From an uncultured archaeon (GTDB lineage: Archaea > Asgardarchaeota > Lokiarchaeia > Sigyniarchaeales > SOKP01), in the NCBI GenBank assembly GCA_964508365.1, contig CAZDTP010000041.1, positions 1 to 36,492 on the forward strand: a DNA stretch of 36,492 nucleotides. Direction: 5' to 3'. Below the pieces are notes generated by a model. It did no database searches, was not told where the DNA came from, and saw only the letters and a program-made list of their open reading frames with translations. Below, one piece after another: positions 1 through 8,713 of this stretch; within the stretch, counting starts at the first letter, position 1; every line of letters starts with the position of its first letter. The translations under genes and the position numbers were made by a program.

Positions 1-1214
1 TTTCCTAATGAAGCATATCCAAATCGACCTGTTCTTATTTTAACTCCACGATCTTCGAGATATTTTGATTTGTATCCAACAGATCCGATTTCAAATGCAG
101 TAAAGATTGAAGCCGGGATTATCGTATAATCTGTAACTACGGGAAAAGTATCAAACCCTCCAATACTGCTAAGGGCATTAAATACTGCGATATTTCCCTC
201 ATAACTTGCCACATGCGCTAACAAAATTCCTCCAGTAACATCCCCTACAGCATAAATTCCATTCTCATTAGTTTCTAAGGTATTTGGGTTCACGACTATT
301 TTTCCTTCATTAAGTTCAATTTTAGTATTTTCTAGCCCTAACCCTTCAATACATGGTTTTCGTCCTATTGACACAAGACAAAGATCCGCTTCATGAAAAG
401 ATTTCTCAGCAGAATCAATTTGGTCTTTAGGAACCTTTGAATCACAAGTTGTTGCGATAACTTTTGAATTTACCTTTTCTATTTTTAGTATATTACGATT
501 TTCATAGATTTCAATACCCATGATATTAAATTTCTTTTTTAATTCCCGAACGACCAATTGTTCTTCATTGGCGATGATTGAGGGTAGATAGTCAAATATT
601 TTTACGTTCGACCCAAATCTACTGAAGATATTTGCGAATTCACAACCAATCACTCCACCACCTACAATCAATATAGATTCTGGGACTTTATTGAAATCTT
701 TAGCTAAGATGTCATCACTTGTAAGTATAAATTTATGATCAATATTAAATGAGGGGACTAAAGTTGGTTTTGCTCCAGTTGCAATTATTAAACGTTTTCC
801 TTTTATCTGGTTTGTATTCTTACCTTCAATATTAATTGTTATTCCATAATCCAAGGACGCTTCAAGAATCCTGGCAGCTCCATAATATAAATCAATTTTT
901 CTTTGTTTAATTAAAGTCTCAATGCCACTTATTAATTCATTCACAATTAAGTTCTTACGATTTACGGCATTCTTAAAGTTAGGTCTTACTTCTCCAATTA
1001 TATCCACTCCAAAGTCCTTTGCATTCTTTTCAATTTTTTCAATTAATTTTGCTGAGCTAAAAAGTGCTTTTGTTGGAATACATCCAATATTTAAACAAGT
1101 TCCCCCAACATTACCTTTTTCAATAAGAGCAACTTTTGCGTCATATTGCGCAGCCCTAACAGCTGCATGATAACCTCCTGGTCCTGCACCAATTATTATA
1201 AGATCATAGTTCAT
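1..1214 (-). CDS. lpdA: Dihydrolipoamide dehydrogenase (E3), 3' end runs off the window
   Basis: Manual translation from ATG at 1214: MNYDLIIIGAGPGGYHAAVRAAQYDAKVALIEKGNVGGTCLNIGCIPTKAL (FAD-binding GxGxxG and redox-active CxxxxC). NAD-binding GGGVIGCEFA is further in, and the frame is still open at base 1. Not in the ORF track because it is edge-truncated. Confidence 0.93.
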   Translation of the reverse strand, partial: MNYDLIIIGAGPGGYHAAVRAAQYDAKVALIEKGNVGGTCLNIGCIPTKALFSSAKLIEKIEKNAKDFGVDIIGEVRPNFKNAVNRKNLIVNELISGIETLIKQRKIDLYYGAARILEASLDYGITINIEGKNTNQIKGKRLIIATGAKPTLVPSFNIDHKFILTSDDILAKDFNKVPESILIVGGGVIGCEFANIFSRFGSNVKIFDYLPSIIANEEQLVVRELKKKFNIMGIEIYENRNILKIEKVNSKVIATTCDSKVPKDQIDSAEKSFHEADLCLVSIGRKPCIEGLGLENTKIELNEGKIVVNPNTLETNENGIYAVGDVTGGILLAHVASYEGNIAVFNALSSIGGFDTFPVVTDYTIIPASIFTAFEIGSVGYKSKYLEDRGVKIRTGRFGYASLG

Positions 1215-1390
1215 TTCAAATTTCACCTAAATTTTTTTTATAATTTATTTAATCAAATATTTTATTTCCATAAATTTCATAGGAAGAAGTATAGTTATCA
1301 TCTTCATCATCTTTAACTCTTCTATCCGTCTTAAATTTTTCTTTTTAATAATTTCCATTTCATAATCTCCATCATTCTCATCTCCTTAAG

Positions 1391-1585
1391 CTATCTTGAA
1401 AGATTCACCATCAAAGCCATTCTCACACCCGTATCGAGTAAAAGGGCAGTATGAGTTCCTAAAAGCAGATATATGTTAAGCGGATCATTAGTATAAACGG
1501 GATGAACGAGTGAAATATTTTCCTTAATAACATATAAGTAGGGCTTATGTTTTGAAATTAGAAAATGGTTAGATCCTTTACTCAT
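1391..1585 (-). pseudogene. N-terminal fragment of an MBL-fold metallo-hydrolase (copy B), truncated after LLDTG
   Basis: About 83% identical over 53 aa to the adjacent 1631-1891 fragment. It stops before the HxHxDH metal motif. Confidence 0.6.
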
Positions 1586-1630
1586 AATTCAAAAGAAGCA
1601 TGCTAACCATTTAACTATAACTAAATATGT

Positions 1631-1891
1631 CTAAATTGGGACATGATCCCAATGGAAATGAGTGTTAAAGACTAGAAGTTCCCTATTCTCAACTAATTCA
1701 TTTACTATTGGTTTTATAGGGAATAATCCACACTCTGTATCAAGTAGCAAGGCGGTATGAGGCCCTAAAAGTAAATACATATTAAGAGGATCATTTGTAA
1801 ATACAGGATTAACAAGAGATATGTTTTCTTTTATAACATATAAATACTCTTTGTGTTTTGAAATTTTAAAGTGTTGACTGCCTTTTATCAT
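1631..1891 (-). pseudogene. N-terminal fragment of an MBL-fold metallo-hydrolase (copy A), truncated just after THFHWDH
   Basis: Contains YLLLG..TALLLDT and NTHFHWDH (HxHxDH) motifs, then a stop three codons later. The rest of the MBL fold is missing. Confidence 0.7.
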
Positions 1892-1978
1892 AATTCTTAT
1901 TATGTAAAAATATAATTTAACGCTACACCGAAAATTGACCTATAGAAATTTTATATACATCAAAGATAGATATTATTT

Positions 1979-2791
1979 ATGAAATTTGTAGAATTTATAA
2001 AAAAGTATTCACTTACTGTCTTTTTTGTATTAACTTATCTGATAATGATTACTACTGTTGTTCTTAGATTATTTTGCGATTTATCCTTTATTGTTTATTG
2101 GTTTTTGTCAGTTTGGAATCCAACCATATCAGCTATAGTTGTTTCTTGGCTAATTGGAGGTTGGAAAGAAGTTAAAAATTTATTGAAAGGATTTTTAAAG
2201 TGGAAGGTAGGTTTTAAATGGTATTTAGCCGGATTTTTGTTGATGATAGTTCCACTAATTTTTGCCGGGATATATCTTTTACTTGGAGGGACCGCCCCTG
2301 GTGTAGTATTAGGATTAAATTTTCCCTTATTTTTATTTTATCTGTTAACTACACTATTATCTGGTCCTTTAAGTGAGGAAGCAGGATGGAGAGGCTTTGC
2401 TTTACCTAGACTTGAATCAAAGTTTAATGCTTTATATTCTAGTTTGATTTTAGGAGTTATTTGGGCTTGTTGGCATATCCCTTTACACTTTGTTGAAACT
2501 CGGTTACCATTTTATATATTTATTTTCCTCAATCTTGTAATTTCAATATTAATAACATGGGCTTATAATAATACAAAAGGTAGCTTGATCATCACTGTAA
2601 TTTTCCATTTTAGCTTTAATTTTAACGGCGCATTTATTACTGGATATCTTGGATTATTACCTCAAATGGTATTCTATATTGGTGGCGGAATATTAATTGG
2701 AATATATTTAATCATTGTTATAATATACTCTGGCCCAAAAAAATTGTCTAGAAAACCAGATTCAGAGATGCCGTTTGAAATTCTCAATTAA
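1979..2791 (+). CDS. CPBP (CAAX/Abi) family intramembrane glutamic endopeptidase
   Basis: Multi-TM protein with SEEAGWRGFALPRL, IWACWHIP and HFSFN motifs. Confidence 0.9.
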   Translation: MKFVEFIKKYSLTVFFVLTYLIMITTVVLRLFCDLSFIVYWFLSVWNPTISAIVVSWLIGGWKEVKNLLKGFLKWKVGFKWYLAGFLLMIVPLIFAGIYLLLGGTAPGVVLGLNFPLFLFYLLTTLLSGPLSEEAGWRGFALPRLESKFNALYSSLILGVIWACWHIPLHFVETRLPFYIFIFLNLVISILITWAYNNTKGSLIITVIFHFSFNFNGAFITGYLGLLPQMVFYIGGGILIGIYLIIVIIYSGPKKLSRKPDSEMPFEILN

Positions 2792-2887
2792 ATTCTTATA
2801 CTAATACAAGTTCAGTTCGATTATTATTGGAATCTTAAAGGATATTAGCCAAAAGATATTAAATTACGAAAAAATATAATATTAATC

Positions 2888-3649
2888 ATGGTAGATTTTA
2901 AATTCTGGCTTACTAAAGTAGAGGATCACATCTTTTGGCTATACCTTAATAATCCTGATAAAAAAAACGCTTTTGATACTGATGTTGTTAGTGAATTAGA
3001 ACAAATCTTAGATAATGAGATTAAGCAAAAAAGCGAAATCCGAGTTTTGGTCTTCTCCACTGCTTTAGATGATATTTTTACTGTCGGACTTGATATTAAA
3101 TGGCTAGTGACATTGGAAAATTCTAAAGCAAAAGATATGACGAGATACTTACAGAAGGTATTTGCTAAAATTGAAAATTTTCCAATTCCAGTTATTGCAG
3201 CTATTAAGGGATTAAACTTTACTGCAGGTTTTGAGCTTATGTTGTGTGCTGATTTTATCATTGCTGCCGATAATGCGAAATTTGGACAAGTCGAAACGAA
3301 ATGGGGGATGGTCCCTGCTGGCGGATCGACTCAAAGACTTATTCGTTTAGTAGGTCCAATGAAAGCAAAAGAGTTAATTTACACTTCAAGGATCATTACT
3401 GCTTCAGAAGCTCTCAAGATTGGTTTAATAAATGAACTCGTACCATTGGCAGAACTTGAAACAAGAGTAAAAGAATTAGCTGGCGAAATAGTAAAGTGTT
3501 CAGGTAGAGCTATTGCATTAAGCAAGAAATTGATACAAATGGGAATCTACAACAACGAGGAGGGATTTCAAATGGAAGGAAAAGCGTTTCAAGAGCTGTT
3601 TTCTTCTGGAGAACCAAAAAGAAAATTAAAGGAATTTTTAGAAAAATAG
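2888..3649 (+). CDS. Enoyl-CoA hydratase/isomerase (crotonase family) with both catalytic Glu
   Basis: PVIAAIKG..TAGFELMLCAD and FGQVETKWGMVPAGG motifs. Confidence 0.92.
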   Translation: MVDFKFWLTKVEDHIFWLYLNNPDKKNAFDTDVVSELEQILDNEIKQKSEIRVLVFSTALDDIFTVGLDIKWLVTLENSKAKDMTRYLQKVFAKIENFPIPVIAAIKGLNFTAGFELMLCADFIIAADNAKFGQVETKWGMVPAGGSTQRLIRLVGPMKAKELIYTSRIITASEALKIGLINELVPLAELETRVKELAGEIVKCSGRAIALSKKLIQMGIYNNEEGFQMEGKAFQELFSSGEPKRKLKEFLEK

Positions 3650-3767
3650 TAAATGTTAGTGTTAGAATTTGAAATTCTCTATAACACGGATGAATTTATC
3701 TTATAGGATAATTTAAATTATAGTATATATTTAAAAAATAAAAAGAAAAAGACTTAGTAGTGATTTT

Positions 3768-4922
3768 ATGGAATTTTCGCTAACTGAAAAACAACAAATG
3801 TTAAAAAAAATTACCAGACAGTTTGCTGAAGAGTACATTGTCCCTGTTGCTCGAGAGAGCGATGAAAAGCAAGAAATGGATGATAGGGTCTTTCAAAAAA
3901 TGAAAGAAATGAATTTCTTTGGTAGTTGCATTCCAGAAGAATATGGAGGAGCAGGACTTCATAACGATACAATAGGTTTTAGCATCATTATAGAGGAAAT
4001 ATCGCGCGCGGATGCTGCTTGGGGAATTATAACAGCGGTGCACAACGGCGTTGCTGCGTATCCTATCTATAAATACGGTACAGAAGAACAAAAACAAAAA
4101 TTTTTAATTGATCTCGCAAAAGGTAATAAAGTGGGAGCTTTCTGTCTTACCGAGGCTAATGCTGGTAGCGATGCTGGAGGAGTCCAATTAAATGCAGTTA
4201 AAGATGGAGACGAGTACATACTCAATGGAACCAAGATATTCGCGACATCTGGTGGTATTGCAGGGACCTTACTTGTAGTAGCTAAAACTGGCGAAAAAGA
4301 AAGTAGGAAACAATTGACTGTTTTTATTGTGGATTCTAATACGCCGGGTTATTCCGTGGGAGTTAAAGAAGACAAGATGGGAGTTCGAGCGTCAAATACC
4401 TCAGAACTCGTGTTCCAAGATGTGAGAGTACCTCAGGAGTATATTTTAGGGAATCCCGGAGAAGGGTTTAAAATGGCGATGAAAATTTTGGATTTCGGTA
4501 GGATAGGTATAGCCGCTCAGTGTGTCGGCTTAGGACAAGCAGCGTTAGAGGCCTCAATTAAATATGCAAATGAGAGGGTCCAGTTTAACAAACCTATCGG
4601 AAGATTCCAAGCTATTCAATGGAAAATTGCTGATATGGCGTGCGCTATTGAATCGGGGAGATTATTTACTTTTAAAGCAGCCTATTTACATGATAAAGGA
4701 ATGGAATTTGGAATGGCTAGTTCTATGGCGAAATTAATAGCATCCGAAGCCGCAATGCAAGCAGCTCATAGTGCTGTTCAAATACACGGAGGTTACGGAT
4801 TGATGAAAGCATACCCAGTAGAACGATATTTTAGAGATGCAAAGATGGGTGAAATTTACGAAGGGACAAGTGAAATTCAAAGATTAGTAATTGCAGCTAA
4901 TTTACTTAGAAAAGGAGCGTAG
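3768..4922 (+). CDS. Acyl-CoA dehydrogenase (short-chain/Bcd-like)
   Basis: GAFCLTEANAGSDA, LNGTKIFAT, LDFGRIGIAAQ, QIHGGYG and IYEGTSEIQR (catalytic Glu). Confidence 0.95.
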   Translation: MEFSLTEKQQMLKKITRQFAEEYIVPVARESDEKQEMDDRVFQKMKEMNFFGSCIPEEYGGAGLHNDTIGFSIIIEEISRADAAWGIITAVHNGVAAYPIYKYGTEEQKQKFLIDLAKGNKVGAFCLTEANAGSDAGGVQLNAVKDGDEYILNGTKIFATSGGIAGTLLVVAKTGEKESRKQLTVFIVDSNTPGYSVGVKEDKMGVRASNTSELVFQDVRVPQEYILGNPGEGFKMAMKILDFGRIGIAAQCVGLGQAALEASIKYANERVQFNKPIGRFQAIQWKIADMACAIESGRLFTFKAAYLHDKGMEFGMASSMAKLIASEAAMQAAHSAVQIHGGYGLMKAYPVERYFRDAKMGEIYEGTSEIQRLVIAANLLRKGA

Positions 4923-5080
4923 CTGATTTAAATGAGATTTATTATTATTAAATAGCTAATTTTTCTTTCATATTTTTGTTTTAATATCGGAAAATTTATT
5001 TTTCTTGAATAAATTATTCGTTTTAACAAAAAATTGATAATTTTTAATCTAAAGAGAGTTAAATAAATAGGGATTTCGAT

Positions 5081-5887
5081 TTGAAAATATTTGTTTGCGT
5101 AAAACAAGTACCAGGCGTAGCAGAGGTAAAAATAGACCCAAAAACCAATACGCTTGTAAGAGAGGGGGTATTATCTGTAATCAACCCTAACGATCGAAAT
5201 GCTATTGAATTGGCTTTAACTTTAAAAGAAAAACATGGTGCTGAAGTTTTAGTTCTCAGTATGGGACCTCCTCAGGCGGAAGAAATACTGCGTGAAGCGT
5301 TAGCGATGGGGGCAGATAAAGGATTTTTATTAACAGATAGAGCTTTCGCTGGAGCAGATACGCTTGCTACATCGTATACTTTATCATTAGCAATCAAAAA
5401 AATTTTGAATGAATCCAACTCCGAAGAAAAGTATCTTGTTATTTGTGGTGCTCAAGCAATAGATGGGGATACTGGACAGGTTCCCCCAGAATTAGCAGAA
5501 GAGTTAGGAATTCCACAAATTGCGTATGTTTTAAGTATAGAATTAAATGGGGATAAAATTGTTGCTGAAAGAAAATTTAGAGCTGTTGAGATAGTAGTAA
5601 TTGAAACGAAATTACCTGCATTAATATCTGTTTTAACCGATATCAATAAACCCAGGTATCCAAGTATGATTGGAATTATGAAGGCACACGATGATTCCAA
5701 AATTATATGTTTTGATGCCGACGCTTTAAATGCTGATAAATCGAAAATAGGATTAAATGGTTCTAGTACTGAGGTGTGGAAAATTTTTGCTCCCGAAAGA
5801 AAGGGTAATCGCGTTATATTAAGAGGAACACTTGAAGAAATTGTTCAGCAATTATGTCAAAATTTAAGGGACGATAAAATCATTTAG
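5081..5887 (+). CDS. etfB: Electron transfer flavoprotein beta subunit
   Basis: MKIFVCVKQVP, NPND..AIE, AFAGADTLATS, AIDGDTGQV, PRYPS. TTG start. Confidence 0.95.
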   Translation: MKIFVCVKQVPGVAEVKIDPKTNTLVREGVLSVINPNDRNAIELALTLKEKHGAEVLVLSMGPPQAEEILREALAMGADKGFLLTDRAFAGADTLATSYTLSLAIKKILNESNSEEKYLVICGAQAIDGDTGQVPPELAEELGIPQIAYVLSIELNGDKIVAERKFRAVEIVVIETKLPALISVLTDINKPRYPSMIGIMKAHDDSKIICFDADALNADKSKIGLNGSSTEVWKIFAPERKGNRVILRGTLEEIVQQLCQNLRDDKII

Positions 5888-5900
5888 GAGGATGCTTTAA

Positions 5901-7103
5901 TTGAGTATTATCATTGACGATGAACTATGTACTGGGTGTGGAAGTTGTGTAGACAGTTGTCCCTTTGGAGCAATTGAATTAGAGAACGATAAAGCAAAAA
6001 TATTACCAGCTTGTAATTTATGCGGAGCTTGTGTAGAGATTTGTCCTGTAGAGGCAATAAAGTTAGAACGCGATGGAAATAAATCAAAAAAAATTGACTT
6101 TTCTCAGTTTAAAGGCGTTTGGGTTATTGCTGAACATTATAAAAGTAAGATTCTTAATGTAGCGTTCCAATTATTAGGAAAAGGACGAGAATTATCAGAT
6201 TCATTAGGCGTGAATCTAACACTCGTTATTTTAGGAGCTAACTTCGACGAGAAATTAGGAGATTTTAGTCAATATGGGATGGATGAGATAATTTATGTGG
6301 AATCACCGGTATTGAAAGATTACTATTCAGATTTATATGTTAAGGTAATTTCAGAGCTAATTGTTGAGCATAAACCAGAAATAATATTAATCGGAGCCAC
6401 TCCTACAGGAAGAGATTTCGCTCCAAGAATAGCTAAAAGACTTAATGCTGGTTTAACTGCAGACTGTACCGGTTTAGATATAAATCCTGAGACGAAAAAT
6501 TTACTTCAAACACGCCCAACTTTTGGCGGAAATATTATGGCTACCATTAGAACTCCTTCGAGTAGACCTCAAATGGCTACAGTAAGACCTGGGATTTTTA
6601 AAGCGCCTATACCAGTAGAAAAAGAAGTATCCATTAGGAAAATTGAATATTCATTTAAAGAGAAAGATACTGTTTCAAAAATAGTAAAAATTATCAATAC
6701 AAGTAAAATAAAAGTAAACCTCGAGGACGCAAAAATCATAGTAGCAGGTGGACGAGGAGTTGGTTCAAAAGATAACTTTAAACTTCTTGAGGATTTGGCA
6801 AATGTATTAGGGGCAGAGCTAGGTGGGTCAAGAATAACCGTTGAGTTAAATTGGCTTGATCCAGAGAGACAAATTGGTCAAACAGGTGTAACAGTTTCTC
6901 CAAAGTTATATATTGCTTGTGGTATTTCCGGAGCGATCCAACATATTGTTGGTATGGAAAATTCACATATTATCGTAGCAATTAATAAGGATCCAGATGC
7001 TCCTATCTTTAATTTTGCTCACTATGGGATTATAGGGAATCTCCATGAAATTATTCCTATATTGATTGAAGAAATAAAGAGAATTAACCTAAATAAAGAA
7101 TAA
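5901..7103 (+). CDS. etfA: Electron transfer flavoprotein alpha subunit with N-terminal 2x[4Fe-4S] ferredoxin domain
   Basis: CTGCGSCVDSCP and CNLCGACVEICP, then RPTFGGN, VAGGRGVG, QIGQTG, YIACGISGAIQH. AGGAGG SD 9 nt before the TTG start. Confidence 0.95.
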   Translation: MSIIIDDELCTGCGSCVDSCPFGAIELENDKAKILPACNLCGACVEICPVEAIKLERDGNKSKKIDFSQFKGVWVIAEHYKSKILNVAFQLLGKGRELSDSLGVNLTLVILGANFDEKLGDFSQYGMDEIIYVESPVLKDYYSDLYVKVISELIVEHKPEIILIGATPTGRDFAPRIAKRLNAGLTADCTGLDINPETKNLLQTRPTFGGNIMATIRTPSSRPQMATVRPGIFKAPIPVEKEVSIRKIEYSFKEKDTVSKIVKIINTSKIKVNLEDAKIIVAGGRGVGSKDNFKLLEDLANVLGAELGGSRITVELNWLDPERQIGQTGVTVSPKLYIACGISGAIQHIVGMENSHIIVAINKDPDAPIFNFAHYGIIGNLHEIIPILIEEIKRINLNKE

Positions 7104-8098
7104 AAAAAAATAAAAAAAATTTTTAAAACTCGGTTGCCATTTAAAAATATTTGATTTCTTTATCCGATGTTGAATACTTTCTTCTATAAATACTATAAAA
7201 ATATTATTAACAAACATTTTTTCAAAAAATGCAGTCTAAAATTGAATAGAAGATAGTCGAAATAAAAAAAAAAGTAATGGAATGCAAATTCTTTTAGCAG
7301 GAAAAACTCATTCGTGGAGGAATAAATTACGGGCCAAAATCGAAACATTCCACTACAAATTTTGGACAAATAGAAAATCGAAATTTTCTAACATAATATA
7401 GATCTTTTGCATTTTTAAATTTAACGAAAAATTCGTTAATTTTACAAACGCTCTATTTGAATATTCGATAAAATTACATGATAGTAGCATATTTGAAATA
7501 ACATATTTCTTATTTTAATTATATAATCTTAAATTTAAAAATAACTGCTACTATAATTCATAATTTTAATTTAAAAAAAAAAAAATTCTCGTATTTCTTC
7601 AGTTAAAAATCGTTTTATTTGAAAAATATTGCTCAAATTGATGTGTAAAATTTTAAATTGATATGCAAAAACAAGTTCAAAATCTATTTTTATTAAAAAC
7701 TTAATAAGCAAAAAGTCTACATCTAATGACATGTACAACTCTAATCTTCACTAAATAGAACTCAATTTAAAATGTTATAGCCTTTCTTAAATATTACTAC
7801 ATAAATCTAAATAGGTTTTCGAAGATTTTAGTAATACCCTTTTTTCATTGCTTCTCTACTCCAATCATAATTTTAATAGTGATAAATTACACATTTTTGA
7901 ATGGGTTTCACTTAGAAGTAATCCTAAGCTCAGAAAATTTTCTTATTCTAATGATATTAACCCATCCTTAAATTCGAAAGGTTTACCCATTCATTTCCCA
8001 TTATCCAACTTAATGAATAATTTAATTAAATTGAAGTTACTAATTAAAACTAAAGAGAATAGAAAACGCTTTATTTTTAATGCGAGCTAATTATTGAA

Positions 8099-8713
8099 GT
8101 GAAGAGTTATAGTTTATTGAATGTAGGAGTAGGAGGTCAAGGTGTAATTCGAACCGCCCAAATTCTCTCTTATGCAGCATTATTAGAAGATTATAAAGTT
8201 AGAACCGCTGAAACTCATGGTATGGCTCAGAGAGGTGGTTCAGTTGCATCATTTCTTCGTTTTGGAACAGAAGTAGAAGGTCCATTAATTCCTCGGGGAA
8301 AAACAAACACTATCTTGGCTTTTGAAGTAAGTGAGGCTGTTAGGATTTTCAATTATGCTGGACCAGAAACCGTGTTTCTGATAAATGAGAACATACAAAT
8401 TCCACCAATGATTCATCAAATGGGAATGGATTATCCAAAGTTAACAGAGATACGCACTTTTTTAAAAGAAGTGTCAGAACACATATATTTTATTGAAGGT
8501 ATAGAGATTGCTACAAGTTTGGGGAATGCTCGAACTATGAATGTTATAATGTTGGGAGCCTTAATAGGATTAGATGTAATACCGCTTAAAAAAGGAACTC
8601 TTGAGAAAGCTATCTTTAGTTATCTACCTTCAAATTTACATGATATAAACAAGAAAGCATTTGAAACTGGAATTGAAAAAGGTATAGAACTAAGAGGGAG
8701 TTCCAATGATTAG
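8099..8713 (+). CDS. iorB: Indolepyruvate:ferredoxin oxidoreductase beta subunit
   Basis: GVGGQGV, AETHGMAQRGGSV, NVIMLGAL. Overlaps iorA by 8 nt. Confidence 0.92.
   Translation: MKSYSLLNVGVGGQGVIRTAQILSYAALLEDYKVRTAETHGMAQRGGSVASFLRFGTEVEGPLIPRGKTNTILAFEVSEAVRIFNYAGPETVFLINENIQIPPMIHQMGMDYPKLTEIRTFLKEVSEHIYFIEGIEIATSLGNARTMNVIMLGALIGLDVIPLKKGTLEKAIFSYLPSNLHDINKKAFETGIEKGIELRGSSND

Noticed and set aside
922-1170. 82-aa plus-strand ORF
   Set aside because: Antisense shadow of lpdA.
1250-1390. Possible gene remnant between lpdA and the MBL fragments (acidic frames such as DDEDDNYTSSYEIYG)
   Set aside because: It is interrupted in all frames and has no recognisable family, so it cannot be supported.
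1979-2791. CPBP protease as the processing enzyme for the micro-peptides
   Set aside because: It lies about 31 kb away with no linkage evidence, and CPBP genes are common.
7282-7401. 39-aa ORF MQILLAGKTHSWRNKLRAKIETFHYKFWTNRKSKFSNII in the long intergenic gap
   Set aside because: No SD, paralog or motif to support it, and ORFs of this size are expected by chance.
7848-8090. 80-aa ORF upstream of iorB
   Set aside because: TTG start, no SD, and low-complexity N/L/K/S composition typical of AT-rich non-coding DNA.
7104-8098. Possible replication origin
   Set aside because: AT-rich, but no ORB/mini-ORB repeats were recognised and no cdc6/orc1 gene is nearby.
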